From Tubulanus polymorphus (lineage: Eukaryota; Animalia; Nemertea): a DNA stretch of 64,000 nucleotides. Positions 1 to 14,200 of this stretch are shown one piece after another (the stretch's first letter is position 1; each line of letters begins with the position of its first letter). The stretch spans positions 16,524,485 to 16,588,484 of the forward strand of contig NC_134027.1 of assembly GCF_964204645.1 (NCBI RefSeq), read 5' to 3'. The position numbers and the translations under genes were made by a program. Under the pieces are notes generated by a model. That model worked only from the letters and a program-made list of their open reading frames with translations, ran no database searches and was not told the DNA's origin.

Positions 1-76
1 AATGGTCATATAACAGTTGAAGAACAAGATAAATTATTAAAAGAATTAATAAATTATTAATTTTTTAATTATATAA

Positions 77-1287
77 ATGGTAGATAGTTTTCCAAAAGCT
101 TTCCAATATAATAAATCAATTAAATATAATATTCCAGCAATAGATTTTAATAAAGATATTACATATAGAAATGAAGTTTTAGATTCATTAACTAATTTAG
201 AAATTTATGTTACTGAAACTAATAATTTTAATGCAAAGATGGAAAATATATTTCATGTATATTTAATTAATTTTAAAAAATTGAAAGATGAAAAACAATG
301 GTTATTAAAATCTAATATGAAGTATTGGCAGAACCAATTAAATTTTGCTGTTTATTGTTCAACAACAGGATGTGGAATTAGTTGGAATGATCATTTGAAT
401 AATTCTAAATATAAATTAATTCAAAGTTTATTTAGATTTCATACATACTTTCAAATCAGAATAATATTAAATGAATTAGAGTGCGCTTTACCAGGATCTA
501 GATATTTTAAAGAATTAGATAATAATATTAATTTATCTAAGTTTTATAAAATTTGCAATGAATTTAATATAGATATAAATAATTCTGATTTTAGAACAAA
601 AACTGGAACAATAAGATCACTTCCTTGCCCTAAAAAGATTGCAGAATATTGCGCACTTCCCATACCATCTAATAGCTTTTATAATATTTATAATAATAAA
701 TTAGGTTATGGTAAAATAGAAACTAAGGATTTAGAAACATTAAATTTCAATAAATTACCGAAATTTTATAATTTAAAACAAGAAAACAATAATGGTTGGG
801 TTTATTTTATTTTAGAAAATAGTGAAGGTTTTACTAAATCAGGTATAGAAAGAATAAATCAATCTATTAGAACTTATTTGATATGTATTTTAGGTGCGCA
901 AGTTGAAACAAGATCCCCAATAATTGGAAATTTGAATACATCATTTGATACACAGAAACAATTTAAAGTATTATTTGAAGATTCAATTCATAATGACAAA
1001 AATAGATCGATTCCAGAAAACATTATAAGATATCAAAATTATTTAGATAAATCTCATGTAAGACTTAATTATTGTATAGGCCCTAATCTATTAATTATTT
1101 CTAATGATTTAGTATTAAAGATGGGAAACATAATTGGTTATAATAATTTAATTAAAACTGCAACAATAAATAATTCTTTTGGATTGAATGATATAAATAA
1201 AAACATTATTACTGCTCCAAAATTAATGGAAGGCGAAAAAAATAAAAAACACATTCAATCAACAGAAACTAAAACTGAAAATATTAA
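77..1287 (+). CDS. Polinton-like virus protein, N-terminal ~404 aa of a gene split by the Helentron insertion
   Basis: 405-aa ORF highly similar to the decayed ORFs at 58668-59830. The stop at 1292-1294 lies inside the inserted element. The frame resumes at 35959. Confidence 0.85.
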
Positions 1288-1347
1288 AATATAGCTGCAA
1301 AGCAGCGATGACGGGTTTTCTGCACAGTCTTAGAATCCTGTTCAACG

Positions 1348-1580
1348 GTGGATTTCGACGAAGCATTTGATAAGGCACAACATCAGCCATTACTAAACAG
1401 GCTATTAGGAAACAGTATCAATGATAGGTCGCCCAATTGGCTCAGCAGTTATCTCTGAACGAAAACTTGTAGCCGAAATCAACGGAACGCCTCATCTTGG
1501 AATAAGTCGGTCAAACTAGTGGAGTCACGCAAGGTAGTATCCTAAGTTTTCTTCTGTTTAATGTCCTGACAAATGACATA
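1348..1580 (+). pseudogene. Decayed non-LTR (CR1/L2/Jockey-like) reverse transcriptase fragment
   Basis: Translates to DFDEAFDKAQH...W and SGVTQGSILSFLLFNVLTNDI (RT DxxKAFD and GVPQGS motifs) with stops/frameshifts. A partial second copy lies at 7688-7786. Confidence 0.7.
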
Positions 1581-1634
1581 CACACTAATCCAACATATCC
1601 CAGACCGAGTAAATTTCCAAATCGACCTTAACAC

Positions 1635-2180
1635 ACTGTTCGACCAAAAAACTTAAAGTTCCAAAAAGAAAATCTTGTTCGAATGAAAATAATTCTGTTT
1701 GATCGAACGATACGCTTTTTGCTTGAACCAAAAATTTTCTTCATTCTGACAAAAAAATGTGTTCGAATAAAAAGCTATGTTATTGTTGAAATGAAAAATT
1801 TTAAGTCCCGGCAAAAAAATTTGGTCGAGCGAAAACAATTTTTTCGAACGAATGTTTGAATGAAAACAATTCTGTTCGATTGAACGAAATACTTCATACT
1901 TTCGGTTCGGAGAAAAAACTTTTTTCAATATACTTGTTCGAACGGAAAACTTAATGTTCTGACATAAAAATTCTGTTCAAATTAAAAAAGATTCTGTTCA
2001 ATTGAACGATTGTTCGAACGAAAAACCTTTCGTTTGGACAAAAAAAAAGTTTGTTCAACTTTGTTCTTACGATTTTTTCAAATTGGATCAATCGTATAGA
2101 ATATTATTGGTTCGAACGAAATAAATTTTGTTCCGACGAAAGAATTTTCAAGCGAAAGGTCTTTTGAACGAAAAAAAAAG
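1635..2180. repeat. Degenerate short-period repeat rich in TGTTCGAACGAAA
   Basis: Motif tgttcga(a/t)(c/t)gaaaa recurs many times at irregular spacing. Confidence 0.55.
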
Positions 2181-2402
2181 ATATTTCTGGTGCTCCGCAG
2201 TAACTTAAAGCCGGACGTAGGTTGGTCTTGTGACACGATGCGATCCTCGCGTTGCATCGCAAGTTTCGGTGCAAGTCGGTTGCAATACGATTGTGTGCGA
2301 CTGGTTTCTGCCAGTCGCAAGAGTGCGTCGGTTGGTTGTGACAGTCGTGTCGCGTCGCAGAAAGTAGAACACGTACGACTCCATGTGACTGGCGTTGCTG
2401 AA

Positions 2403-2569
2403 AGATGAGGACGCCAGTGATATGACGACTGAGTTTCAAGTCGTCAAAACGTCACGATATGTCAACATATTTATGATGACTTGATGCGATATATCGCGAT
2501 ATATCGACATAAATATGGCGACTTGTCGAGTTGGAACACGACAACTCGAGGCCCTTTATCGCTTCCGTA
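2403..2569. mobile_element. Partial MITE (one arm) of the TACGGAAG family
   Basis: Reverse complement of part of 7787-8010; ends ...TTATCGCTTCCGTA. Confidence 0.65.
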
Positions 2570-2665
2570 GATCTTTCATTAAGTAGGATCACTTGAACGA
2601 TCGCTTTAATATCACTTTAAAAAAAAAGAATCTGCCGAAATGACCTTAATATTCGACACTATATC

Positions 2666-2907
2666 TACGGAAGTGATAAGGGGCCTCGAGATGTCGCGTT
2701 CCAACTCGACAAGTCGCCATATTTATGTCTTCAAATGACGGCTTGTCCCGTGGAAAATGAGCAAAAAAGCGCAATCTGTCGTGAAAACGTCACGATATGT
2801 AGACATATTCATGTAAACTTGACGCGATATATCGCGATATATCGACATAAATATGGCGACTTGTCGAGTTTGAACGCGACAACTCGAGGCCCTTTATCGC
2901 TTCCGTA
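2666..2907. mobile_element. MITE with TIRs TACGGAAG...CTTCCGTA, internally deleted
   Basis: About 65-bp TIR match; 7-bp TSD CTATATC at 2659-2665 and 2908-2914. Confidence 0.8.
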
Positions 2908-2992
2908 CTATATCAGATTAATCGACTTCAAAATAGGCGAAAGCATAAGTCTTTATTACGTTATTAATTGGCCTAATTATTCAAAAGCTAAT

Positions 2993-5900
2993 AATGTGGG
3001 CGACAAAACCAAAAAAATTAATTGTCGCGGGCGATAAAACCAAAATAATCAATTGTCGCGGGCGATAAAACCAAAATAATCAATTGTAGCTGGCGATAAA
3101 ACAAAAATATTGAATTGTCGCGAGTGACAAAACCAAAAAAATGAATTGTCGCGGGCGATAAAACCAAAATAATGAATTGTCGTGGGCGACAAAACCAAAA
3201 TATTCAATTGTGACAGGCAACAAAACCAAACTAATGAATTGTCGCGGGCGATAAAACCAAAATAATAAATTGTCGCAGGCGATAAAACCAAAATCATGAA
3301 TTGTAGCGGGCGACAAAACCAAACTAATAAATTGTCGTGGGCGACAAAACCAAAATATTCAATTGTGACGGGCAACAAAACCAAACTAATGAATTGTCGC
3401 GGGCGATAAAACCAAAATAATAAATTGTCAAGGGCGACAAAACCAAAATATTGTTTTGTCGCGGTCGACAAATTCAAAAAATGAATTGTCGCGGGCGATA
3501 AAACCAAAATAATGAATTGTCGCTGGCAATAAAACCAAAATATTGTATTGTCGCCGGCGACAAATCTAAAAAATGAATTGTCGCGGCAGAAAAACCAAAA
3601 TCTTGAATTGTCGCGGGCGACAAAACCAAACTAATGAATTGTTGCGGGCGATAAAACAAAAATAATGAATTGTCGCGGGCGATAAAACCAAAATATTGAA
3701 TTGTCGGGGCGACAAATCCAAAAAATGAATTGTCGCGGGCGATGAAACCAAAATCTTGAATTGTCGGGGGCGATAAAACCAAAATAATGAATTGTCGCTG
3801 GCGATAAAACCAAAATATTGTATTGTCGCGGGCGACAAATCCAAAAAATGAATTGTCGCGGCAGAAAAACCAAAATCTTGAATTGTCGCAGGCGACAAAA
3901 CCAAACTAATGAATTGTTGCGCGCGATAAAACCAAAATAATGAATTGTCGCGGGTGATAAAAACCAAAATATTGAATTGTCATGGGCGACAAAACCAAAA
4001 TATTGATTTGTCGCGGGTGACAAAGCCAAAATATTGTATTGTCGCGGGCGACAAATCCAAAATAGGAATTGTCGCGGCAGAAAAACCAAAATCTTGAATT
4101 GTCACGGGTGACAAAACCAAACTAATGAATTGTCGCTGGCGATAAAACCAAAATATTGTATTGTCGCGGGCAACAAAACCAAAATGATGAATTGTCGCGG
4201 GCGATAAAACCAAACTAATGAATTGTTGCGGGCGACAAAACCAAAATATTCAATTGTCGCGGGTGACAAAACCAAACTAATGAATTGTCGCGGGCGATAA
4301 AACCAAAATAATAAATTGTCGCAGGCGATAAAACCATAAAAATGAATTGTCGCGGACGATAAAACCAAAATCATGAATTGTCGCGGGCGACAAAACCAAA
4401 ATATTCAATTGTCGCGGGCGACAAAACCAAACTAATGAATTGTCGCGGGCGATAAAGCCAAAATAATGAATTGTCGCGGGCGATAAAACCAAAATATTGA
4501 AGTGTCGCGGGCGATAAAACCGTGACAAAAAGAGAAAAAAATTGTTGCGGGCGACAAAACCAAACTAATGAATTGTCGCGGGCGATAAAACCAAAATATT
4601 GAATTGTCGTAGGCGCCAAATCCAAAAAATGAATTGTCGCGGGCGATAAAACCAAAATATTGAAGTGTCGCGGGTGATAAAACCGTGACAAAAAGAGAAA
4701 AAGAATGTCACGAGCGATAAAACCAAAATAATGAATTGTCGCGGGCGATAAAACCAAAATATTGAATTGTCGTAGGCGCCAAATCCAAAAAATGAATTGT
4801 CGCAGGCGATAAAACCAAAATCTTGAATTGTCGCAGGCGATAAAACCAAAATATTGAAGTGTCGCAGGCGTTAAAACCAAAATATTGAAGTGTCGCAGGC
4901 GTTAAAACCGCGACAAAAAGAGAAAACAATTGTCGCGGGCGATAAAAACAAAATAATGAATTGCCATGGGCGATAAAACCAAAATATTGAATTGTCGCGG
5001 GCGATAAAACCAAAATAATGAATTGTCGCGGGCGATAAAACCAAAATATTGAATTGTCGTGGGCGACAAAACCAAAATATTGTTTTGTCGCGGGTGACAA
5101 AACCAAATTAATGAATTGTCGCGGGCGATAAAACCAAAATACTGAATTGTCGCGGGCGATCAAACCAAAATATTGAATTGTCGCGGGCGACAAATCCAAA
5201 AAATGAATTGTCGCGGCAGAAAAACCAAAATCTTGAATTGTTGCGGGCGACAAAACCAAAATATTCAATTGTCGCGGGTGACAAAACCAAACTAATGAAT
5301 TGTCGCGGGCGATAAAACCAAAATATTGAAGTGTCGCAGCGATAAAACCGTGACAAAAAGAGAAAAAAATTGTCGCGGGCGATAAAAACCAAAATAATGA
5401 ATTGTCGCGGGCGATAAAACCAAAATATTGAATTATCGTAGGCGCCAAATCCAAAAAAATGAAATGTCGCGGGCGTAAAAACCAAAATCTTGAATTGTCG
5501 CGTGCGACAAAATCAAAATAATGAATTGTCGCGGGCGATAAAACCAAAATAATGAATTGTCGCGGGCGATAAAACCAAAATAATGAATTGTCGCTGGCGA
5601 TAAAACCAAAATATTGTATTGTCGCAGGCGACAAATCCAAAAAATGAATTGTCGCGGCAGAAAAACCAAAATCTTGAATTGTCACAGGCGACAAAACCAA
5701 ACTAATGAATTGTTGCGGGCGATAAAACCAAAATAATGAATTGTCGCGGGCGATAAAACCGCGACAAAAAAAAATTTTCGCGGGCGATAAAACCAAATTA
5801 ATGAATTGTCGCGGGCGATAAAACCATAATAATGAATTGTCGCGGGCGATAAAAACCAAAATATTGAATTGTCATGGGCGACAAAACCAAAATATTGATT

Positions 5901-6313
5901 TGTCGCGGGTGACAAAACCAAAATAATGAATTGTCGCGGGCGATAAAACCAAAATAATGAATTGTCGCGGGCGATAAAACCAAAATAATGAATTGTCGCG
6001 GGCAACAAAACCAAAATTATTGTTTTGTCGCGGGTGACAAAACCAAATTAATGAATTGTCGCGGGCGATAAAACCAAAATAATGAATTGTCGCGGGCGAT
6101 AAAACCAAAATGATGAATTGTCGCGGGCGATAAAACCAAAATAATGAATTGCCACGGGCGATAAAAACCAAAATATTGAATTGTCCCGGGCGACAAAACC
6201 AAAATATTGATTTGTCGCGGGTGACAAAACCAAATTAACGAATTGTCGCGGGCGATAAAACCAAAATAATGACTTGTCGCGGGCGACAAAACCAAAATTA
6301 TTGTTTTGTCGCG
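2993..6313. repeat. 31-bp satellite array (about 105 monomers) in Helentron-like element A
   Basis: Consensus GAATTGTCGCGGGCGATAAAACCAAAATAAT with internal dyad TTGTCGC-GG-GCGA(C/T)AA. Confidence 0.97.
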
Positions 6314-7786
6314 TTATTTTAGTTTTGTCGTTTTATCATAATGTCGCCCTAATTTGCATATACGTGTTTTTTTTACGCAGGGCCCTTATCAGCCACCATA
6401 CTAAAGCCTTAAGGTCGCGTAAAACTCGATAAACACTTCAAGCGACACAGCGAACGATCTCCTTTCCCCCACAGCGAACGCTTAACCTAGTAGAGGCTAC
6501 TAGCCTATGTATATGTGTAGGCCTAACATCCGGACAGATTGGTCGTAGGCCTATTGAATTTAACAACCCACCTAAATATCGTAAATTTTGTTTTGAAGTT
6601 CAATCCAATGAGTCCGTTAATAAACGCAACAATTGTACTGTGTTTGTTTGATACAGTAAAGCTCAGTACCGGTAGGCCTAAAGCCGCGTCAAACTCGATA
6701 AACACTTCAAGCGACACAGCGAACGATCCCTTTCCCCCACAGCGAACGCCTACTCCGAATGTCAAGTGTTAGTCCAGCATACGGAAAGGAGTGTGTTATA
6801 TACTTGTATTTAGTAAATACCTTGTGCATTTGACAATGATCGGTATGTACTGTAGGAAATATAGAGTATTGATGGTATTGATATAGAGGTTGAAGCCCGC
6901 GGCCGAATAAAGTAATATATTCTTTTATTTTGATACCTCGTCGACATAACAGCTTTTCTCCGCTATATCTCTTCGGCGTGTTTAGTTTAGGCCTACGATT
7001 CCCCGGTACACTAAACATTTATCTTAGTAAATACACGGTTAATTCGGTAAAGAAAAATAGGTATTGTTATACTAACTGCTTGAAACCCGCAGCCAAATCA
7101 CTGGTAGTAATAAATTAATTTGTACTCGATTTGATTCTCATGATGAGGAGAAACTCGCAGCTGATCCCCGGAACGACGATGTAGTAACACACGTCGATTC
7201 GTCGATGTTTACGGCTCGACAGTGCTTTTAAAATCTAAAGTAGTAAATTTCCAGTGTATCGGTAATATGATTTGATGAGGAAAATGGGCTATTGTTAAAA
7301 TCACTGTTTGAAGACCTCGACTGAATTTGAAGTCTCCGGCAATAAATTAGTTCATTTATACTTGAATTGATAATCGAAGTGACAGTCGGCCTGCGGGTTG
7401 ATTTCGGGATGACGACTCGAAAAACATGTCGCCCCATTGAATGGGGCTAAATTTTCGATGTTTACGGCCCGACAGCGCTTTTGTAACGATGATTCGTGAA
7501 AAAACACGCGGGCTATTTGTAGATCTCAGTGAGCTGAACGATATTATATGGATTGTATATGAAACAGCGGTAAGGTAACAAAGCCTATGTTCTTTTGATA
7601 AAAATAGTGTGGAAGAAAATAATAATAAATATAGCTGCAAAGCAGCGATAACGGCTTTTCTGCACAGTCTTAGAATCCAGTTCAACGGTGGATTTCGACA
7701 AAGCATTTGATAAGGCACAACATCAGGCATTACTAACCAGGCTATTAGGAAACATCATTAATGATAGGTCACTCAAATGGCTCAGC

Positions 7787-8202
7787 TACGGAAGCGATAA
7801 GGGGCCTCGAGTTGTCGCGTTCCAACTCGTCAAGTCGCCATATTTATGTCGACATATCGCGATATATCGCGTCAAGTCGACATGAATATGTCGTCATATC
7901 GTGACGTTTTCACGGCAAATTTCGCTTTCTCGACCACTTTCCTCGCGACAAGTCGACATATTCACGACGACTTGAAACTCAGTCGTCATACTACTGGCGT
8001 CCTCATCTTACATTTAGACATGTCTTCAAATGACGGCTTGTCCCGTGGAAAATGAGCAAATAAGCGAAATTTGTCGTGAAAACGTCACGATATGTAGACA
8101 TATTCATGTGGACTTGACACGATATATCGCGATATATCGACATAAATAAGGCGACTTGTCGAGTTTGAACATGACAACTCGAGGCCCTTTATCGCTTCCA
8201 TA
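7787..8202. mobile_element. MITE of the TACGGAAG family, longer copy
   Basis: About 140-bp TIRs. Right flank is CTATATC as at 2908; the left TSD is lost by an adjacent deletion. Confidence 0.8.
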
Positions 8203-8287
8203 CTATATCAGATTATTCGACTTCAAAATAGGCGAAAGCATAAGTCTTTATTACGTTATTAATTGGCCTAATTATTCAAAAGCTAAT

Positions 8288-11200
8288 AATGTGGGCGACA
8301 AAACCAAAAAAAATAATTGTCGCGGGCGATAAAACCAAAATAATCAATTGTCGCGGGCGATAAAACCAAAATAATCAATTGTCGCTGGCGATAAAACCAA
8401 AATATTGAATTGTCGCGGGCGACAAAACCAAAAGAATGAATTGTCGCGGGCGATAAAACCAAATAATGAATTGTCGCGGGCGACAAAACCAAAATATTCA
8501 ATTGTCGCGGGCAACAAAACCAAACTAATGAATTGTCGCGGGCGATAAAACGAAAATAATAAATTGTCGCAGGCGATAAAACCAAAAAAATGAATTGTCG
8601 CGGATGATAAAACCAAAATCATGAATTGTCGCGGGCGACAAAACCAAAATATTCAATTGTCGCGGGCGACAAAACCAAACTAATGAATTGTCGCGGGCGA
8701 TAAAACCAAAATATTGAAGTGTCGCGGGTGATAAAACCGCGACAAAAAGAGAAAAAGATTGTCACGAGCGATAAAACCAAAATAATGAATTGTCGCGGGC
8801 GATAAAACCAAAATATTGAATTGTCGTAGGCGCCAAATCCAAAAAATGAATTGTCGCGGGCGATAAAACCAAAATCTTGAATTGTCGCGGGCGATAAAAC
8901 CAAAATATTGAAGTGTCGCAGGCGTTAAAACCGCGACAAAAAGAGAAAAAAATTGTCGCGGGCGATAAAAACAAAATAATGAATTGTCGCGGGCGATAAA
9001 ACCAAAATATTGAAGTGTCGCAGGCGTTAAAACCGCGACAAAAAGAGAAAAAAATTGTCGCGGGCGATAAAAACAAAATAATGAATTGCCATGGGCGATA
9101 AAACCAAAATATTGAATTGTCGCGGGCGATAAAACCAAAATAATGAATTGTCGCGGGCGATAAAACCAAAATATTGAATTGTCGTGGGCGACAAAACCAA
9201 AATATTGTTTTGTCGCGGGTGACAAAACCAAATTAATGAATTGTCGCGGGCGATAAAACCAAAATACTGAATTGTCGCGGGCGATAAAACCAAAATATTG
9301 AATTGTCGCGGGCGACAAATCCAAAAAATGAATTGTCGCGGCAGAAAAACCAAAATCTTGAATTGTTGCGGGCGACAAAACCAAAATATTCAATTGTCGC
9401 GGGTGACAAACCAAACTAATGAATTGTCGCGGGCGATAAAACCAAAATAATAAATTGTCGCAGGCGATAAAACCATAAAAATGAATTGTCGCGGACGATA
9501 AATCCAAAATCATGAATTGTCGCGGGCGACAAAACCAAAATATTCAATTGTCGCGGGCGACAAAACCAAACTAATGAATTGTCGCGGGCGATAAAGCCAA
9601 AATAATGAATTGTCGCGGGCGATAAAACCAAAATATTGAAGTGTCGCGGGCGATAAAACCGTGACAAAAAGAGAAAAAAATTGTCGCGGGCGACAAAACC
9701 AAACTAATGAATTGTCGCGGGCGATAAAACCAAAATATTGAATTGTCGTAGGCGCCAAATCCAAAAAATGAATTGTCGCGGGCGATAAAACCAAAATATT
9801 GAAGTGTCGCGGGTGATAAAACCGTGACAAAAAGAGAAAAAGAATGTCACGAGCGATAAAACCAAAATAATGAATTGTCGCGGGCGATAAAACCAAAATA
9901 TTGAATTGTCGTAGGCGCCAAATCCAAAAAATGAATTGTCGCGGGCGATAAAACCAAAATATTGAAGTGTCGCAGGCGTTAAAACCGCGACAAAAAGAGA
10001 AAAAAATTGTCGCGGGCGATAAAAACAGAATAATGAATTGTCGCGGGCGATAAAACCAAAATATTGAAGTGTCGCAGGCGTTAAAACCGCGACAAAAAGA
10101 GAAAACAATTGTCGCGGGCGATAAAAACAAAATAATGAATTGCCATGGGCGATAAAACCAAAATATTGAATTGTCGCGGGCGATAAAACCAAAATAATGA
10201 ATTGTCGCGGGCGATAAAACCAAAATATTGAATTGTCGTGGGCGACAAAACCAAAATATTGTTTTGTCGCGGGTGACAAAACCAAATTAATGAATTGTCG
10301 CGGGCGATAAAACCAAAATACTGAATTGTCGCGGGCGATAAAACCAAAATATTGAATTGTCGCGGGCGACAAATCCAAAAAATGAATTGTCGCGGCAGAA
10401 AAACCAAAATCTTGAATTGTTGCGGGCGACAAAACCAAAATATTCAATTGTCGCGGGTGACAAAACCAAACTAATGAATTGTCGCGGGCGATAAAACCAA
10501 AATATTGAAGTGTCGCGGGCGATAAAACCGTGACAAAAAGAGAAAAAAATTGTCGCGGGCGATAAAAACCAAAATAATGAATTGTCGCGGGCGATAAAAC
10601 CAAAATATTGAATTATCGTAGGCGCCAAATCCAAAAAAATGAAATGTCGCGGGCGTAAAAACCAAAATCTTGAATTGTCGCGTGCGACAAAACCAAAATA
10701 ATGAATTGTCGCGGGCGATAAAACCAAAATAATGAATTGTCGCGGGCGATAAAACCAAAATATTGAATTATCGTAGTCGCCAAATCCAAAAAAATGAATT
10801 GTCGCGGGCGATAAAACCAAAATATTGAATTGTCGCCATTGTCGCGTGCGACAAAACGAAAATAATGAATTGTCGCGGGCGATAAAGCCAAAATAATGAG
10901 TTGTCGCGGGCGATAAAACCAAAATATTGAATTTTCGTAGGCGCCAAATCAAAAAAAATGAATTGTCGCCGGCGATAAAACCAAAATCTTGAATTGTCGC
11001 CATTGTCGCGTGCGACAAAACCAAAATAATGAATTGTCGCGGGCGATAAAACCAAAATAATGAATTGTCGCGGGCGATAAAACCAAAATATTGAATTATC
11101 GTAGGCGCCAAATCCAAAAAAATGAAATGTTGCGGGCGTAAAAACCAAAATCTTGAATTGTCGCCATTGTCGCGTGCGACAAAACCAAAATAATGAATTG

Positions 11201-14200
11201 TCGCGGGCGATAAAACCAAAATAATGAATTGTCGCGGGCGATAAAACCAAAATATTGAATTATCGTAGGCGCCAAATCCAAAAAAATGAAATGTTGCGGG
11301 CGATAAAACCAAAATCTTGAATTGTCGCCATTGTCGCGTGCGACAAAACCAAAATAATGAATTGTCGCGGGCGATAAAACCAAAATAATGAATTGTCTCG
11401 GGCGACAAAACCAAAATAATGAATTGTCGTGGGCGATAAAACCAAAATATTGAATTGTCGTGGGTAACAAATCCAAAAAATGAATTGTCGCGGGCGATAA
11501 AACCAAAATCTTGAATTGTCGTGGGCGACAAATCCAAAAAATGAATTGTCGCGGGCGATAAAACCAAAATATTGAATTGTCGTGGGTAACAAATCCAAAA
11601 AATGAATTGTCGCGGGCGATAAAACCAAAATCTTGAATTGTCGTGGGCGACAAATCCAAAAAATGAATTGTCGCGGGCGATAAAACCAAAATCTTGAATT
11701 GTCGCCATTGTCGTGTGCGACAAAACAAAAATAATGAATTGTCGCGGGCGATAAAACCAAAATACTGAATTGTCGCGGGCGATAAAACCAAAATAATGAA
11801 TTGTCGCGGGCGACAAAAGCAAAATATTCAATTGTCGCGGGCGACAAAACCAAACTAATGAATTGTCGCGGGCGATAAAACGAAAATAATAAATTGTCGC
11901 AGGCGATAAAACCAAAAAAATGAATTGTCGCGGATGATAAAACCAAAATCATGAATTGTCGCGGGCGACAAAACCAAAATATTCAATTGTCGCGGGCGAC
12001 AAAACCAAACTAATGAATTGTCGCGGGCGATAAAACCAAAATATTGAAGTGTCGCGGGTGATAAAACCGCGACAAAAAGAGAAAAAGATTGTCACGGGCG
12101 ATAAAACCAAAATAATGAATTGTCGCGGGCGATAAAACCAAAATCTTGAATTGTCGCCATTGTCGTGTGCGACAAAACCAAAATAATGAAAAGTCGCGGG
12201 CGATAAAACCAAAATAATGAATTGTCGCGGGCGATAAAACCAAAATATTGAATTGTCTTGGGCGACAAAACCAAAATATTGTTTTGTCGCGGGTGACAAA
12301 ACCAAATTAATGAATTGTCGCGGGCGATAAAACCAAAATACTGAATTGTCGCGGGCGATAAAACCAAAATATTGAATTGTCGCGGGCGACAAATCCAAAA
12401 AATGAATTGTCGCGGCAGAAAAACCAAAATCTTGAATTGTTGCGGGCGACAAAACCAAAATATTCAATTGTCGCGGGTGACAAACCAAACTAATGAATTG
12501 TCGCGGGCGATAAAACCAAAATAATAAATTGTCGCAGGCGATAAAACCATAAAAATGAATTGTCGCGGACGATAAATCCAAAATCATGAATTGTCGCGGG
12601 CGACAAAACCAAAATATTCAATTGTCGCGGGCGACAAAACCAAACTAATGAATTGTCGCGGGCGATAAAGCCAAAATAATGAATTGTCGCGGGCGATAAA
12701 ACCAAAATATTGAAGTGTCGCGGGCGATAAAACCGTGACAAAAAGAGAAAAAAATTGTCGCGGGCGACAAAACCAAACTAATGAATTGTCGCGGGCGATA
12801 AAACCAAAATATTGAATTGTCGTAGGCGCCAAATCCAAAAAATGAATTGTCGCGGGCGATAAAACCAAAATATTGAAGTGTCGCGGGTGATAAAACCGTG
12901 ACAAAAAGAGAAAAAGAATGTCACGAGCGATAAAACCAAAATAATGAATTGTCGCGGGCGATAAAACCAAAATATTGAATTATCGTAGGCGCCAAATCCA
13001 AAAAAATGAAATGTTGCGGGCGTAAAAACCAAAATCTTGAATTGTCGCCATTGTCGCGTGCGACAAAACCAAAATAATGAATTGTCGCGGGCGATAAAAC
13101 CAAAATAATGAATTGTCGCGGGCGATAAAACCAAAATATTGAATTATCGTAGGCGCCAAATCCAAAAAAATGAATTGTCGCGGGCGATAAAACCAAAATC
13201 TTGAATTGTCGCCATTGTCGCTTGCGACAAAACCAAAATAATGAATTTTCGCGGGCGATAAAACCAAAATAATGAATTGTCGCGGGCGATAAAACCAAAA
13301 TCTTGAATTGTCGCCATTGTCGCGTGCGACAAAACCAAAATAATGAATTGTCGCGGGCGATAAAACCAAAATAATGAATTGTCGCGGGCGATAAAACCAA
13401 AATATTGAATTGTTGTAGGCGCCAAATCAAAAAAAATGAATTGTCGCGGGCGATAAAACCAAAATCTTGAATTGTCGCCATTGTCGCGTGCGACAAAACC
13501 AAAATAATGAATTGTCGCGGGCGATAAAACCAAAATAATGAATTGTCTCGGGCGACAAAACCAAAATAATGAATTGTCGTGGGCGATAAAACCAAAATAT
13601 TGAATTGTCGTGGGTAACAAATCCAAAAAATGAATTGTCGCGGGCGATAAAACCAAAATCTTGAATTGTCGTGGGCGACAAATCCAAAAAATGAATTGTC
13701 GCGGGCGATAAAACCAAAATATTGAATTGTCGTGGGTAACAAATCCAAAAAATGAATTGTCGCGGGCGATAAAACCAAAATCTTGAATTGTCGTGGGCGA
13801 CAAATCCAAAAAATGAATTGTCGCGGGCGATAAAACCAAAATATTCAATTGTCGCCATTGTCGTGTGCGACAAAACAAAAATAATGAATTGTCGCGGGCG
13901 ATAAAACCAAAATACTGAATTGTCGCGGGCGATAAAACCAAAATACTGAATTGTCGCGGGCGATAAAACCAAAATAATGAATTGTCGCGGGCGACAAAAC
14001 CAAAATATTCAATTGTCGCGGGCGACAAAACCAAACTAATGAATTGTCGCGGGCGATAAAACGAAAATAATAAATTGTCGCAGGCGATAAAACCAAAAAA
14101 ATGAATTGTCGCGGATGATAAAACCAAAATCTTGAATTGTCGCCATTGTCGCGTGCGACAAAACCAAAATAATGAATTGTCGCGGGCGATAAAACCAAAA

